Assembly: GCF_018350175.1 (NCBI RefSeq) | Contig: NC_058368.1 | Coordinates: 145,826,001-145,890,000, forward strand | Direction: 5' to 3' | Length of the DNA: 64,000 nt | Source: Felis catus | Taxonomy: Eukaryota | In this document: positions 48,146 to 61,332 of the stretch, piece by piece | Layout: every line of letters starts with the position of its first letter | Position numbering within the stretch: position 1 is the first letter of the stretch | Translations under genes and position numbers: made by a program | The notes under the pieces: generated by a model | What the model was told of the DNA's origin: nothing | Seen by the model: only the letters and a program-made list of their open reading frames with translations | The model's database searches: none

Positions 48146-51100
48146 TTTTTATTTTTATTTTATTAAGTAGAGTTGAAACACAATGTTACATTAGTTTCAG
48201 GTTTACAACTTAGCGATTTGACAAGTTTGTGCATTATGCTATGCTCACCACAAGTGTAACTACCATCTGTCCCATTACATTGCTATTACAATATCACTGA
48301 CTGTATTCCTTACTCTGTGCCTTTTATTCCCATGACTTATCATAACTGGAAGCTGATAACTTCCTTTCTCCCTCAGCCATTTTGCTCAACCCTCCATCCC
48401 ACTCCCCTCTGGCAAACCATCAATTTGTTCTCTGTTTTTATAGGTCTGATTCTGCTTTTTGTTTGTGTATTCTTTTTTTATTTTTTAGATTCCACTTATG
48501 AATGGAATCATAAGGCATTTGTCTTTCTTTCTGATTCATTTCACTTAGCATAATAACCTTTAGGTTCATCTGTCTCCCAAATGGCACTCTCTCATCCTCT
48601 TTATGGCCGTATGATATCCCATTATGTATATATATCACATGTTCTTTATCCATTCATTTATTGATAGACACTTAGGTTGCTTCCATATCTTGGCTATTAT
48701 AAATAATGCAATAGAAGTACATGTATCTTTTTGAATTAGTATTTTCATTTTCTTTGGGTAAATATCTAATAGTGGAATTATTGGATCATATCACATTTTT
48801 ATTTTTAATTTTTTGAGAAACCTCCACACTCTTTTCCACAGTGGCTGTACCAATTTATGTTCCACCAACAGCGAATGAGGGTTTCTTTTTCTCACGTCCT
48901 TGCTGACACTGGTTATTTCTTGTCATTTGGATTTTAGTCATTCTTACTTGTGTAAGATGTCCATTTGTGGTTTTGATTTGCATTTCCCTGATGATTAACG
49001 TTGTTGAGCATCTTTACATGTGTCCGTTGGCCATCTGTATGTCTTCTTTGAAAATATGTCTATTCAGGTCCTTAACCCATTTTTTTAACTGGATTGTTTA
49101 TTTTCTTGGTGTTGAGTTATCTAAGTCCTTTAAATATTTTGGATTATTAACTTCTTTATTGGCTATATTGTTTGCAAATGTCTTCTCATATTCATTAGGT
49201 TGTCTTTGTGTTTTGTGATTATTTCCTGTGCTGTACAAAAGTTTTTATTTTGATGTAGTTCCAATAGTTTACTTTTGCTTCTTTCCCTTGCCTTAGGAGA
49301 CATATCTAGAAAAATGATGCTATGACTGATATCAGAAAAATTACTGCCTATGTTCTCTTCTAGAATTTTTATGATTTCAGTTCTCATATGTAGGTCTTTA
49401 ATTCATTTTGACTCTATTTTTGTGTGTGGTATAAGATAGTGGTCCAGTTTTATTCTTTTATGTGTAGGTGCACAGTTGTCCCACTACCATTTTTTAAAAA
49501 GACTGTCTTTTCCACATTGCATAGTCTTGCCTCCTTTGTCATAGATTAATTGACCAGATAATTATGGGTTTATTTGGGGTCTCTCTTTTGTTTCATTGAT
49601 CAATGTGTTTCTTTTTGTGCCAGCCAGTCCCATACGGTTTTGATTACTACAACTTTGTAAGGTATCTTGAAATCTGGGACTGTGATACTTCCAGCTTTGC
49701 CCTTCTTTCTTGTTCAGGATTTGTTTGGCTCTTCTGGGTTTTTTGTGGTTCCATACAAATTTTAGTATTACTGGTTCTAGTTTTGTGGAAAATGCTGTTG
49801 ATATTTTGATAAGAATTACATTGATTCTGTAGGTTGTTTTGGACATTTTAACAATATTAATTCTTCCAGTCTAGGAGCATGAAATATTTTTCCACTTATT
49901 TGTGTCCTCTTTAATTTCTCTCATAAGTGTTTTGTAGTTTTCAGAGTACAGGTCTTTCATTCTTGGGTTAAGTTTATTTCTATGTTTTTTGTTTTGTTTT
50001 GTTTTGGTTTTGGTGCAATAGTAAATGGTGTTGTTTTTAAATTTCACTTCCTGCTACTTTGTTATTAGTGTACAGAACACTAACAATTTCTGAATATTAA
50101 TTTTGTATCCTGCCACTTTACTGAATTTGTTTATTACTTAAAGTAGTTTTGTGGTAGAGTCTTTAGGATTGTCTACGTATAGTATTATGTCATCTGCAAA
50201 TAGTGACTGTTTACTTCTTTACCAATATGAACGTCCCCTTTCTTTTTCTTGTCTGACTGTTGTGGCTAGGACTTCCTGTACTACATTGAATAAAAGTGGC
50301 AAGAGTAGACATCCTTGTCTTGTTCCTGACCTTAGAGGGAAAGCTGTCAGTTTTCATAATTGAGTGTGGTGTTAACTATGGGTTTTTTATATATGGCCTT
50401 TATTATATTGAGATATATTCCCTCTAACTCTACTTTGTTGAGAGGTTTTTTTTTTTTTATCATGAATGGATGTTTATCATGAATCTTGTCAAATGCTTTT
50501 ACTACATTTATTGAGATGATCATAAGATTTTTATCCTTTGTTTGTTGATATGGTATATTACATTGATTGGTTTGTGAATTTTGAACTATTCTGTATCCCT
50601 GGAATAAATCCTGTCTGATCATGGTGTATGTATTGGTGCAAGCAGATTGCTACTATATTGTTGAGAATTTTTGCATCTGTGTTCATCAGAGATGTTGGCC
50701 TGTAGGTTTTTTTTGTTTTTTGTTTTTTGTTTTTTTGTTTGTTTGTTTTTTTGCGGTGTCTGTCTAGTTTGGGTATCAGGATAATGCTGATCTCATAAAT
50801 GCATTTGGAAGTTTGCCTTCGACTTCTATTTTTGGAGTAGTTTGCTGAGGATACATATTAACCCTTGTTTAAATGTTTGGTGAAATTTACCTGTGACTCC
50901 ATCTGGTCCTGGACTTTTATTTTTTGGTAGTTTTTTTGATTTCCAATTCAAATTCGTTACTTATATTTAGGCTGTTCAGGTTTTCTGTTTTTTCCAGTTC
51001 AGTTTTGGAAGATTATATGTTTCTAGGAATTTATCCATTTCTTCTAAGTTTTCCAGTTTGTTGGCATATAATTTTCTGTAGTATTCTCTTGTAATCATTT

Positions 51101-51733
51101 GTATTTCTATATTGTCAGTTTTTCCTTATTCTCTCTCATTTCTGATTTTATTTATTTGGATCCTCTTTTTCTTGATGAACCTAGCTAAAAGTTTGCCAAT
51201 TTTGCCTATCATTTTAAAGAACCAGCTTTTGGTTTCATCTATTTTTTTCTACTTATTTATTTTTTAAATCTCTCTGTCATTTATTTCTTCTCTGATATTT
51301 ATTACCTCCTTTCTTCTACTAACCTTGGGCTTTGTTTTTCGGGGTTTTTTTGTTTTCATTTTCTAGTTCCTTTAGGTGTAAAGTTTATATTGTTTATTTG
51401 ATCATTTTCTTGTATTTTGAGGTAGGCCTGTATTACTGTCTACTTCCCTCTTAGAACTGCTTTCACTATGTCCCAAAGACTTTAGATCATTGTGTTTTCA
51501 TTTTCATTTGTCTCCATGTATTTTTTTTTATTTCTTTTTTTGATTGCTTCATTGAACCATTGGTCATTTAGTGTCGTGTTCAGTCTCCATGTGTTTGTGC
51601 TTTTTCCAGTTTTTTATTCTTGTGATTTATTGCTGGTTTCATATCACTGTGACCAGAAAAGATGTATGGTATGATTTCTGTCTTCTTAATTTTTTTGAGG
51701 CTTGTGTTATGGCCTAATATATGATCTGTTCTT
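48146..51733 (-). mobile_element. 5'-truncated carnivore LINE-1, about 3.6 kb, decayed ORF2 plus 3'UTR
   Basis: Minus-strand peptides KDKNLMIISINVVKAFDKI..HPFMIK (RT), ILKFVWNHKKPRRAK, DHILGHNTSLKKIKKTEII (end of endonuclease). Poly-T tail at 48146. Probable TSD AGCCAGAGA at 48131-48139 and 51734-51742. Confidence 0.95.
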
Positions 51734-52379
51734 AGCCAGAGATCGTTTGTGATATACCCAGCTTCTCTTCGGTTCTTGAGACAATGCCCATGGGTAAACA
51801 AAGACGCTAATCCAGATTGTCTCCAGGTATGTTTCTAGCAACAGGAACCCTATGCTGGCATTTGGTTCTACAAAAAGAGTATCAGTCATTAGGGGTATAG
51901 AATATAGAGAGCTTAAAAACCACTGATGAGGCCAGATACCTGAACAATATGCACTTGCTTGAATCCTTGCCTCCTATACCATCCATAATTTTTCCTTTCC
52001 AAAGCATATGTGAGTATGCCACCTCCTTTCTAAGCAATTATTTTGAATGGAATTATATGGGCATTAAATTGAATATGTTTGATCTTTATGTGCTCACATG
52101 GAAACATCTTCAAGATACAATGTTAGAGGGAGTACAAAAGGTGATCTTATTCATATTAAAATAAGCATTGGAAAACTCTGGATGTAAGCAGTGGAGGTTG
52201 TAATAAGTGAATTTTCACCTTTTCCCTCAACTATTCTGAAACTTGAAATTTTTGGAGGTTCTTAATTGCTTATATAATCCGAATGAAGATATAATTGAAA
52301 AACATCACAGTTACCTAAACATTGTTTAACAGATAAGTCTCAATTTCTTCGGTCAGGCACAAAACACACTTGTTGATCT

Positions 52380-52720
52380 GATTTCCACTGAACCCTGATC
52401 TTATCTCTCATAATAACCTCTCTGCAAAGGCCACATTCTAGGTAGCAGAACTATTTCTTGAAGATTACATTCCCTGTGTCTGGAATCCCTTTTCTCTCCT
52501 GTTTACTAAATGAACTCCTATTTATCCTTTAAAGCCCATCCCAAAGGGCATTACCTCTCTGAAGCCACTTCTGATTCCCCAGACTTAATCCTCAAAACTC
52601 CTTGGAAATGTGGGGGTTTCTTATAACCCTTACCCCCTGGTATTTTAACTCTTCAATTTCTCTTCTTCTGGCTTGTAAACACAGAAATTCTTATTTATCC
52701 TGACTGTCCTCTCTACAATT
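52380..52720 (+). mobile_element. L2 LINE fragment
   Basis: TCCCTGTGTCTGGAATCCCTTTTCTC...AACTCCTATTTATCCTTTAAAGCCCA...ATTACCTCTCTGAAGCC..TTCTGATTCCCCAG. Confidence 0.7.
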
Positions 52721-54059
52721 GGAGAACACAAAGTTTCATATGCTTGTATGTTTGTTTATATGTTTGTATGTGTTTCTGTGGTACTATATTAAAAGCCAGT
52801 TAGCTGTAGTGATACAAATAAGACTAAGGGAAAAAACTATAAATTAAAAAGTAAATATTTTTCTACACTTCGCAATTGTCTTTGTTGTTCAATTTGTTAT
52901 CTGGAATTGGAATACATTTCTAGAAGTAAGTTTACACGAGAAGAGAGTAAAGGAAGGGAAAGATGGTAAAACAGGTCTAGTGTATGATCCAAAGGCGATG
53001 TTAAAGTCTTACTGTGCTCTGAAAATTCTTTTCATTTAACAATTCTGATACATATATGTAAATATATATAGTTTAAATTTTAGTTAATTTTCTCATAAGA
53101 AACTGAAGGCATGGAAGAGAGAGCTGGATTCTGTTTCACTAAATCAAGCTGACAGGTTTGGTCTGATCCCAGAATCTTAAGGGCTGCAATGAGATAGAAA
53201 ACAGCCCAACTTGCAGCTCAGACCATGAGTGACTTTGCCAAGCTGCATGTTAACAGCATGCTCCATTGGGTTTATAAACTGCCCAGACTTGGCACACACT
53301 GGGCTCAGTTTTATTCTCAGTCTGTTAACACTTCAATGTCATGTTTTAGAATAATCCAAAATATCATGCTTAATAAGAGCTATACAGTCTATATAGTGGT
53401 TCACTGGGTACGAGCATCTCACAAATGACATGGGTATGTCCATGTTTTAATTATCATTCTCCCCATGGCATTATAAATGCTCCAGAGACTGCAAACAGAA
53501 ATTCAGAACTAGTATCCACCCTAAATATTAAGTAGTTGTTCTCTTAGGCTAAATTCACTGTTGCTTCAACAACCTAAAAATCAGAATTGCTAACTTGTAG
53601 AACTTTGCAAAATGTGAGGATAGGGAGCAGTCTGCAGTTTCATATGCTAAGCTTTAACAGAGTGAAGAGAAGTGTCTAATTTGGCAGTGGCTGCCATAGC
53701 TACACCATGGTTAACAGGATCCTAATGTGGAGATGTATCAATCAAGACAAAGCAAGAATTAGAGGGAAATGGAGCAATTCCTCATTAGCAGCTAAGTGCC
53801 AATAAAAATGAAAAATCAAAATGAAAATGAATCAAAAGGAAATTATCTGCCTATAAAAATTATTAGGGAAATACAGACTATCTGCTAAATCATAGTGTCA
53901 TTTCTTTATACTCAGCTCTCCATTAGGAATGAAAAACAGTCCAATTATACTAAAAGTTGGCTTGGAAAATCTAAGTACCTATGTTGGTTATTTTTTGGAT
54001 AGCAGCCCCCTGCCTAAGTTAGATTCATTTTCTTCTGTTCTCTACTCTACTTTGGGCTA

Positions 54060-54705
54060 CAAAACAATGACCCCTAAGCACTCTTGTTTCCTTGATAAAT
54101 GGCCTTGACCAATGACAGGCACCAACAAGAGATAAGGCAGCAAGAGAAAGGGTAGGGCATTTTTTCCTGGATTCTGCCTACTTTGGGCTTTTTTTTTTTT
54201 TTTCCTCCTGGTATTGGGAGCACTCCTCTACCACTAGAGGTCCTACTAGATGGCCCTCCCTCTCTGGCTCTTTCTCTCACTGGACTTCTCAATGCTAATG
54301 TCTCTCCTGCCCCTTCAGGTGTATGCATGATAGTGGCTTCCTGTGTTGCTAGTTCCTGGGGGATTCCAACATCATTTGGGGCTTCTTAATCCTGCCTGCA
54401 TCTCTGTGAGTGGATTTTATATGTATATAACATTATTATTTTTTTGAGAGACAGAGACAGAGTGTGAGTGGGGGAAGGCCAGAGAGAGAGAGGGAGACAC
54501 AGAATCCGAAGCAGACTCCAAGCTCTGAGCTGTCAGCACAGAACCCAATGTGGGGCTCGAACCCACAAACAGTGAGATAATGACCTGAGCGAAGTCGGAC
54601 GCTCAACTGACTGAGCCACCCAAGTGCCCCTGTGAATGTTTTTTTATTAAAGTCTATTCTATCATGTGAGTTGGATTTTATTTCCCCATAGGAATTCAGT
54701 GATAT
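54060..54705 (+). mobile_element. ERVL LTR (LTR33-like), interrupted by a SINE
   Basis: TTGACCAATGACAGGCACCAACAAGAGAT...CTCCTGCCCCTTCAGG...TGGCTTCCTG..TTGCTAGT...TTATTAAAGTCT. Confidence 0.6.
54419..54630 (-). mobile_element. Felid Can-SINE
   Basis: GACTGAGCCACCCAAGTGCCCC head end. Imperfect TSD TGTGA(G/A)TG. Confidence 0.95.
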
Positions 54706-55119
54706 AACTCCTTTCTGAGCCCTGAGAAGTAGTTAAACTTACTACTGAATCATGAGGACACCTGATTTTATATCCTTAGCACCCCTTTCTCATGCTCCTG
54801 CAAATTGGCATCAATTGTGGAAGAAAATGTGCTGTGGAAATACTCCACTGAAGTTCTGATAAGTTCTAGTTGTAGTGCCGCTTTGATCAGCAAACCACAT
54901 GCCGGTTTTGCTCAGGGCTGATCTTATACACGGGATAGTTGGGCAATGGTCATCTCAGGGGCTTGGAAAGGGCACTGTTGGATATGTAGATAGAGCTTGT
55001 GTCAGGAGGTAGTATTAGGAGGGATGGTGACACACTGTCCAAGGTGAGAAAAGTGTGTGATGAAATTTTTCTCTAACTCACACTGATACTTGAAAATTTA
55101 AGTGACACCTCAGAGACAG

Positions 55120-55295
55120 TACACAATCTTACTGCTGGAGGGAGTAGAATTCACGAATTTCACTTTATAGATAAGAAAACTGAAAGTCAGAGAAATTAAG
55201 TTACTTTCCTAAGGCTAAATAACTGCTGAGTACAGAAGCAGGGCTAGAACTTCAACTCCAAGTTGGACAGATCTCCTTGTGCTTACTATACTGTT
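55120..55295 (-). mobile_element. MIR fragment
   Basis: CACTTTATAGATAAGAAAACTGAAAGTCAGAGAAATTAAGTTACTTTCCTAAGG...GCAGGGCTAGAAC. Confidence 0.75.
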
Positions 55296-55889
55296 CAGTT
55301 AGACCTTACTGTGATCTTATACACTTATGGGCTATGGAGCAGACAAAATAATGTGCCAAAGTTAGTAGAAAAATAATTTATATTGATCAAGAGAAAAATA
55401 ATTAGGAATTGGTTTTTGTTTAAATCAATCCTTGGATGCCAGAATTATTGGGGGATAGGAGATACAACCTCAGTTTTATAGTCTCACTGTATTTTAAGAT
55501 GGCTTCTGTTGAGGAAGAGAGGGACAGAAGATAGGAAGGAAGATGATGGGGAGGGAGGGAAGGTACTAGTTTATTTAAGAGAAAACCTCCTAAGAAATAA
55601 AAAAATGCCTACATCTTACATATTAAATTATTTCCTCTGCCAAGTAGACATTATCTTTCATCCATGATGAAAGGTATTGAGTTTCTTCATGAAACCAGAA
55701 AGCCCTGCCTCATTCAATATGGCCTCAAAATACAAACTAATTGTTTAGTCATCCTTTAGTTGGAAGTGTGTACACCCAGCCTTTCATTTATTTGAGGTTT
55801 CCTGTCCATTTGTGGAAGTATTAAACCTTCTTTCCATTATAACACACATTCCCTTAAAGTGTAAGCTGTATCATATGGTGATTATTTCA

Positions 55890-56400
55890 TGGTTTGGTGT
55901 CAGACAGCTGGGACTTAGGCACTTAGTGCCCCTCTGGCACTTCTAATCATGTGACTTTGGGAAAATACCAAGCTTGTCTGAGCCTCAGGTGCCTGCCTCG
56001 TTAGTCATCTGGGGATGATCATAATAGTAACTTCTTTTTAAGGATGTTGATACTAGATTTTTTTAAAAGTATAGTTCTTTTTTTATTTATTTATTTTTTA
56101 TTTTTTTTTATTAAAAAAATTTTTTTTTCAACGTTTATTTATTTTTGGGACAGAGAGAGACAGAGCATGAACGGGGGAGGGGCAGAGAGAGAGGGAGACA
56201 CAGAATCGGAAACAGACTCCAGGCTCCGAGCCATCAGCCCAGAGCCTGACGCGGGGCTCGAACTCACGGACCGCGAGATCGTGACCTGGCTGAAGTCGGA
56301 CGCTTAGCCGACTGCACCACCCAGGCGCCCCTAAAAGTATAGTTCTTAATACAATGCCTGGGACATAGTGCATGTGCAATATAGGATAAATATTGTTAGT
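55890..56400 (+). mobile_element. MIR SINE, interrupted by a young SINE
   Basis: GGTGTCAGACAGCTGGG...TGTGACTTTGGGAAA...TCTGAGCCTCAG...[SINE]...ACAATGCCTGGGACATAGT. Confidence 0.8.
56080..56331 (-). mobile_element. Young felid SINE (SINEC_Fc)
   Basis: CpG-rich, long T-rich tail. Perfect 16-bp TSD TAAAAGTATAGTTCTT at 56064-56079 and 56332-56347. Confidence 0.98.
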
Positions 56401-56440
56401 GAGAACAATGACTTATAACTATAATCTTCCCTCATCTCAC

Positions 56441-56661
56441 TTTTTTTCTAATGTTTATTTTAGAGAAGAGAGAGAGAGAGAGAGAAAATGAAGGAGAGAG
56501 AATGTGCTGGAGGGGCAGAGAGAGATGGGGGGACAGAGGATCTGAAATAGGCTCCCATGCTGACAGCAAAGAGCCTGATGTGGGGCTTCAACTCATGAAC
56601 CATGAGATGATGACCTGAGCCAAAGTTGGATGCTTAACTGACTGAGCCACCCAGGTGCCCC
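56441..56661 (-). mobile_element. Can-SINE
   Basis: GACTGAGCCACCCAGGTGCCCC head end, GA-rich body. Confidence 0.95.
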
Positions 56662-57749
56662 ATCTCCCTCTACTTCTTAAATTCCCAATTAATAGGAAAA
56701 AAATGTGAAATCCTTGTTGTAGAAAATATTTCATTATAGATGTGGTATCTAGCTCAGAGAATTAATTGCTGATAATTTAACCTGAACTTCATACGTCTAC
56801 ACAAGTAATAATAGTAGTTAAAGGACAAAGTTGCCTGTTTAGATTAACATTTTTTTATTATATCAAAAAACAAAGAGTCCACTGAAAATGTTATCCAGAG
56901 GAAATTACCTCCTGTGGCTATGGAGCCCTTTGTGGCAGTTTTTGTTTGTTTGTTTGTTTGTTTGTTTCTGAAATTAATTCTGTGGTTTAATTTATTTTCA
57001 TCTTGCATTGAGAGTTTTAAAGGCTAATAAGAAAACTGTCTAAAAATGAAAATATTGGCCCTGAAGATTGAAGTGCATATTTTTGTAATTCAAACTATAT
57101 TCTTTCTCTCTTCCCACTATATCTGCTAATTGTATAAAAGTTTTACCTTTTTTCTTTTGGTAAATGTTCAACATAATTAATTCATTTTTTTTTCACTTCC
57201 AACAGACTAGATAAAACCAAAACAAGACCTAACTAACATAACTAAAGCCATTTCAGAGATAATTTCCAATTGTTACCAGTTATCAAGGAAGTTTAAAAAA
57301 TCACCTTTGAGCTCCCCTTTTTAAAATCGTTGGTAATATCCTCATTTGTTAATCATAATAATCAATAAGACTATTTCATAAACGCTATCAGTAACATACT
57401 CATTTCACTTTGGTCATGTTGATTTAATCATGAACAATTTTAGTTTGGGCTCCTGGAACAGAAGTTCCATGTGTAATCTCTATCACCAAGTGAGTCCATC
57501 ATTCCCAAGACCTCTCATGAGTCTCCCACCATGTTTTTTTCAGTTCTAACTTCACCCTTATTCTTATTTCTAAATGTGTATGTGTCAGCATGTAGCATCT
57601 CTATTATATCTTTACATATTAGTGAGAAATACTCTTCTCCACTGAAGGTAAGTATGAAATTATTATCAATTGCTTTTATATAAGAAAGAGCTAAACTTTG
57701 TCCTCAGATTCAGCCAACGGGGTTTGATTCCTTTGAAACATCAATAGTT

Positions 57750-58110
57750 TCAGCAAGGATTAGGTTCCATTACGAATAACAAAATATTCAAACAAAAGCA
57801 ACTCATCACACACAAGTAATAAGATGTCCAGGAAGGCATTTGCTGGCTTAGTTCAGTACCTCTTGGATGTTCTGGCCAAGATTTCTAATATCTCTTTCAT
57901 TTCTCCTCATGAGCCCAAGATGAATGCTGGAGATCCTGTTACAATTTTCATTTCCTGGCAAAAATGTTTTATCTGAAATGCCATGCAATACTTTCCGCTT
58001 ATATCTCATTTGTCATCTTATCTATAAGGGAGTCAGAAAAATAAACTACTTGAAAGAAAAAAAGAAGAAAAGAATAAATAGGTATTAGTTTGGAAACTAG
58101 TATTTCTGCC
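57750..58110 (-). mobile_element. MaLR LTR (MLT1J/K/L-like) remnant
   Basis: TCAGCAAGGATTAGGTT...CCCAAGATG..TGCT...CCGCTTATATCTCATT...GGAAACTAGTATTTCTGCCA. Confidence 0.5.
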
Positions 58111-59394
58111 ATCTCATTCAGTCTTAGATGATGTTAATTGTTCTATTTATACCCTCCGTGGATATTAGAATTCTACAAGAGCCCTTACTCAAAGTAGTCT
58201 CCATATTTTATATTATTCTTACGTGTTTGTTTTCTTACTGAAGTCTATCACCCATGTTTATAAGCTTATGTAATCCTCAAAACCTTCAAAAACAAAACAA
58301 AATTAGAACTTTGAGAGCCAAGTGCATCCACTGTATTAGATACTATGTGTGCAGTGGGAAATGGGTGACTAATATGGTTACACAACAGATTGCTCTACCA
58401 GAGCCCTTAAAAATCTCCTTACCGTTGGAGGGGACAGTCACAACTGCTTGCATCTCTTGTTGCTTCTGCCTCTTCTGATTTGACACTGCATGTGTTTTGG
58501 GTTAGCCTGGCTTTTGCGTGTCTGGTAAAGCAGACTGCAATTCCTGAGCTCTATGAAGGGATTTGATCTCTCTCAAGTTGTTAAATTCAGGCCAATGAGT
58601 ATATATCCACGAAAAAGCCAAAACTAATTCTAAAATAACAAGAAAAATATTTAAATAATTTCCAAGTGTCAGAAAACAGCATCACATACTTAAAAATTCA
58701 CTATTAAGATGCTATTTGGGAAACTCCAGGTAAAATGAGAACTAGGTCATTAACATCAGGAAAACTGAACTGCCTGGTGCAATTAGATGCAGCATTTGCT
58801 GTACTGGCTTTATATGCACAGAGAGCTATGTGCAATGCTGACCGAGGCTGTGGTAGGACAAACATTCTCCTTATACAATCATTTTTAGCTTTTAAAAACT
58901 GTAGCAGTTGAAGCCCCTGTTTCACTGGCAATATCCTGATACATGTAACAGTAAACTGTATCACAATGCTGTATACAGTTCTATAATTTATTGGGGATTT
59001 TAGGGACCTTTCATTGGCTTGCCTTTCAATGTCTGTCTATTACTTCCATGAAATAAGAGAGTGATAAACTTTCCTATCTAGAGTTCTGTTGCCAATCCCT
59101 GAGTCATCTATTCCACAGATCAATGAAGTTCAGTGAACATCATTGTGCTCACTGGAAAAGATACCAGTCGCCTAGTTTCTTTAGGTAAAACTTTTTGAGA
59201 ATTCAGTTATTCTTTTGAGTTAGGAATTAAGTTCCTTGTATATTTTGGATAAAAATTTTTTCCCAAGAATTTTGAATTTACTAAAAGTTAACATGATTTA
59301 AACTGGTTTTAGCACATGAAAACGTGTTCAACATTATTAGCTATTAGGGAAAAGCAAATTAAAACCTGAAGACACTAAAAAATCAACAGCTTCT

Positions 59395-59420
59395 GTGAAA
59401 AAGATTTTTTAATGTTTATT

Positions 59421-59472
<52 letters not shown>

Positions 59473-59631
59473 GGGGAGGGGCAGAAAGAGAGTGAGACAC
59501 AGAATCCAAAGCAGGCGCCAGGCTTCCAGCTGTCAGCACAGAGCCCTACATGGGGCTCGAACTGACGAACTGCGAGATCATGACCAGAGCTGAAGTCGAA
59601 TGCTTAACCGAATGAGCCACCCAGGCACCCC
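59395..59631 (-). mobile_element. Felid Can-SINE with (GA)n
   Basis: GAGCCACCCAGGCACCCC head end. TSD AACAGCTTCT. Confidence 0.96.
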
Positions 59632-60348
59632 AACAGCTTCTTTTAGATCCATCAAAGAAGTAAGATAGTAGGAAAAACTGCTGCCCTCCAGTATTGGAGA
59701 AACAGACAGACAGATACAGATAATTACAACTTATTGGAGCAGATATCCACAATCAGAAACCTCCCAGGGACTGGATGCCTGGGTAAAAAATACCTGAACT
59801 AATTGACTAATTGCTGGAGGTTCAGTGTGAGAAAGTCTGAGAGTTAAAAAGTCTTATGCAACTCATTGGAAGGATGCCCCAACACTTTTGTGAGTTTTAC
59901 TTCCAGTTTCTCATAGTGCCTATCTCCTGCACTTCTGACAGGAGAAAGTATAAAATAACCATTTTGAAATATGCATAAAATTCTGTTCTTAGCAAGGCTT
60001 GTCCACAGGAGAAACTATATTTTCAATGCCTAACCTGCTGGGATTTTATCAGAGGCTATAAAATGTGTAGAGGATAATATAGTAGAAAACCTAGATGACT
60101 TTGGGTATGCAATGACTCTTGAGACACAGTACCAAAAACATGATCCATGAAAGAAATAATTGATGAACTAGACTTCAATCAGTTAAAAACTTTGCTCTGT
60201 GAAAGACAATGTCAAGGAAATATTCAAATAAGCCACAGACTAGGAGAAAATTATTTGCAACAGACACATCTGATAAAGAATTTTTATCCAAAATATACAA
60301 AGAACTCGTAAAACTCAATGAGATAACAAAAAACTCAAAAAGAGGGCA

Positions 60349-60545
60349 GGGGTGCTTGGGTGGCTCAGTTGGTGAAGCATCCATGAGGTCATGAGGTCAT
60401 GATCTCAAGGGTCATGAGTTGGAACTCCGTGTTTGGCTCTATGTTGATAGCATGGAGGCTGCTTGGAATTCTTGGTCTCTTTCTGTGTCTCTGTCCCTTT
60501 CTCCCCCTTTCCAAAAAATAAATAAGTTATATATAAACATTTAAG
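60349..60545 (+). mobile_element. Can-SINE (diverged)
   Basis: GGGGTGCTTGGGTGGCTCAGTTGG head, AATAAA tail, short internal CATGAGGT tandem duplication. Confidence 0.92.
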
Positions 60546-60813
60546 AAAGGGGGGTCAAAAAATCCTTAACAGAAACCTCACCAAAGATATGTAGATGATA
60601 AATAAACATATGAAAAGATGGTCTCCATCATAGGTCATCAGGGAAATATGCAAATTAAAACAACAATGAGATACCACCACATACCTATTAGAATGGCCCC
60701 AATCCAAAGCACTGCCAAATAAATGCTAGTGAGGATATGGAGCAATAGGAACTAATTTGTTTTGAATGGAATACCAAATGGTACAGCCACTTTGGAAGAA
60801 AGTTTGCCAGTTT

Positions 60814-61057
60814 TTTTTATTAGATTTTTTTTTTATGTTTATTTATTTTTGAGAGAGAGAGAGACAGAGTGCAAGCAGAGGAGGGGCAGATAGGGAGGAA
60901 GACACAGAATCTGAAACAGGCTCCAGGCTCTGAGCTGTCAGCACAGAGCCTCCAGGCTCTGAGCTGACAGCACAGAGCCCGACGTGGGGCTCAAACCCAT
61001 GAGCTGTGAGATCATGACCTGAGCTGAAGTCAGATGCCCAACAGACTGAGGTGCCCC
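60814..61057 (-). mobile_element. Felid Can-SINE with 29-bp internal tandem duplication
   Basis: TSD AAGTTTGCCAGTTT at 60800-60813 and 61058-61071. Confidence 0.96.
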
Positions 61058-61286
61058 AAGTTTGCCAGTTTCTTGCCTTACGATCTGGCAGTCTTACTCA
61101 GTGGTATTTACCAAAGTGAATCAAACAGTTATGTCTACACAAAAACCTGCACATGGATATTTATAGAAAATGTTTCCAAAATTGCCAAAATTTGGAAGCA
61201 ATCAAACTGTCCTTCTATAGGTGAATGGATAAATAAACTGTGGTACATCCAGAAAAATGAAACATTATTCATTGCAAAAAGAGATA

Positions 61287-61332
61287 GGAAGGAAGGAAGG
61301 AAGGAAGGGAGGAAGGAAGGAAGGAAGGAAGG
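61287..61332. repeat. (GGAA)n microsatellite
   Basis: Direct observation, inside L1 sequence. Confidence 0.93.

Noticed and set aside
48146..51733. Active or intact L1
   Set aside because: It lacks the 5'UTR, ORF1 and most of the endonuclease domain, and ORF2 is broken by many stops, frameshifts and deletions.
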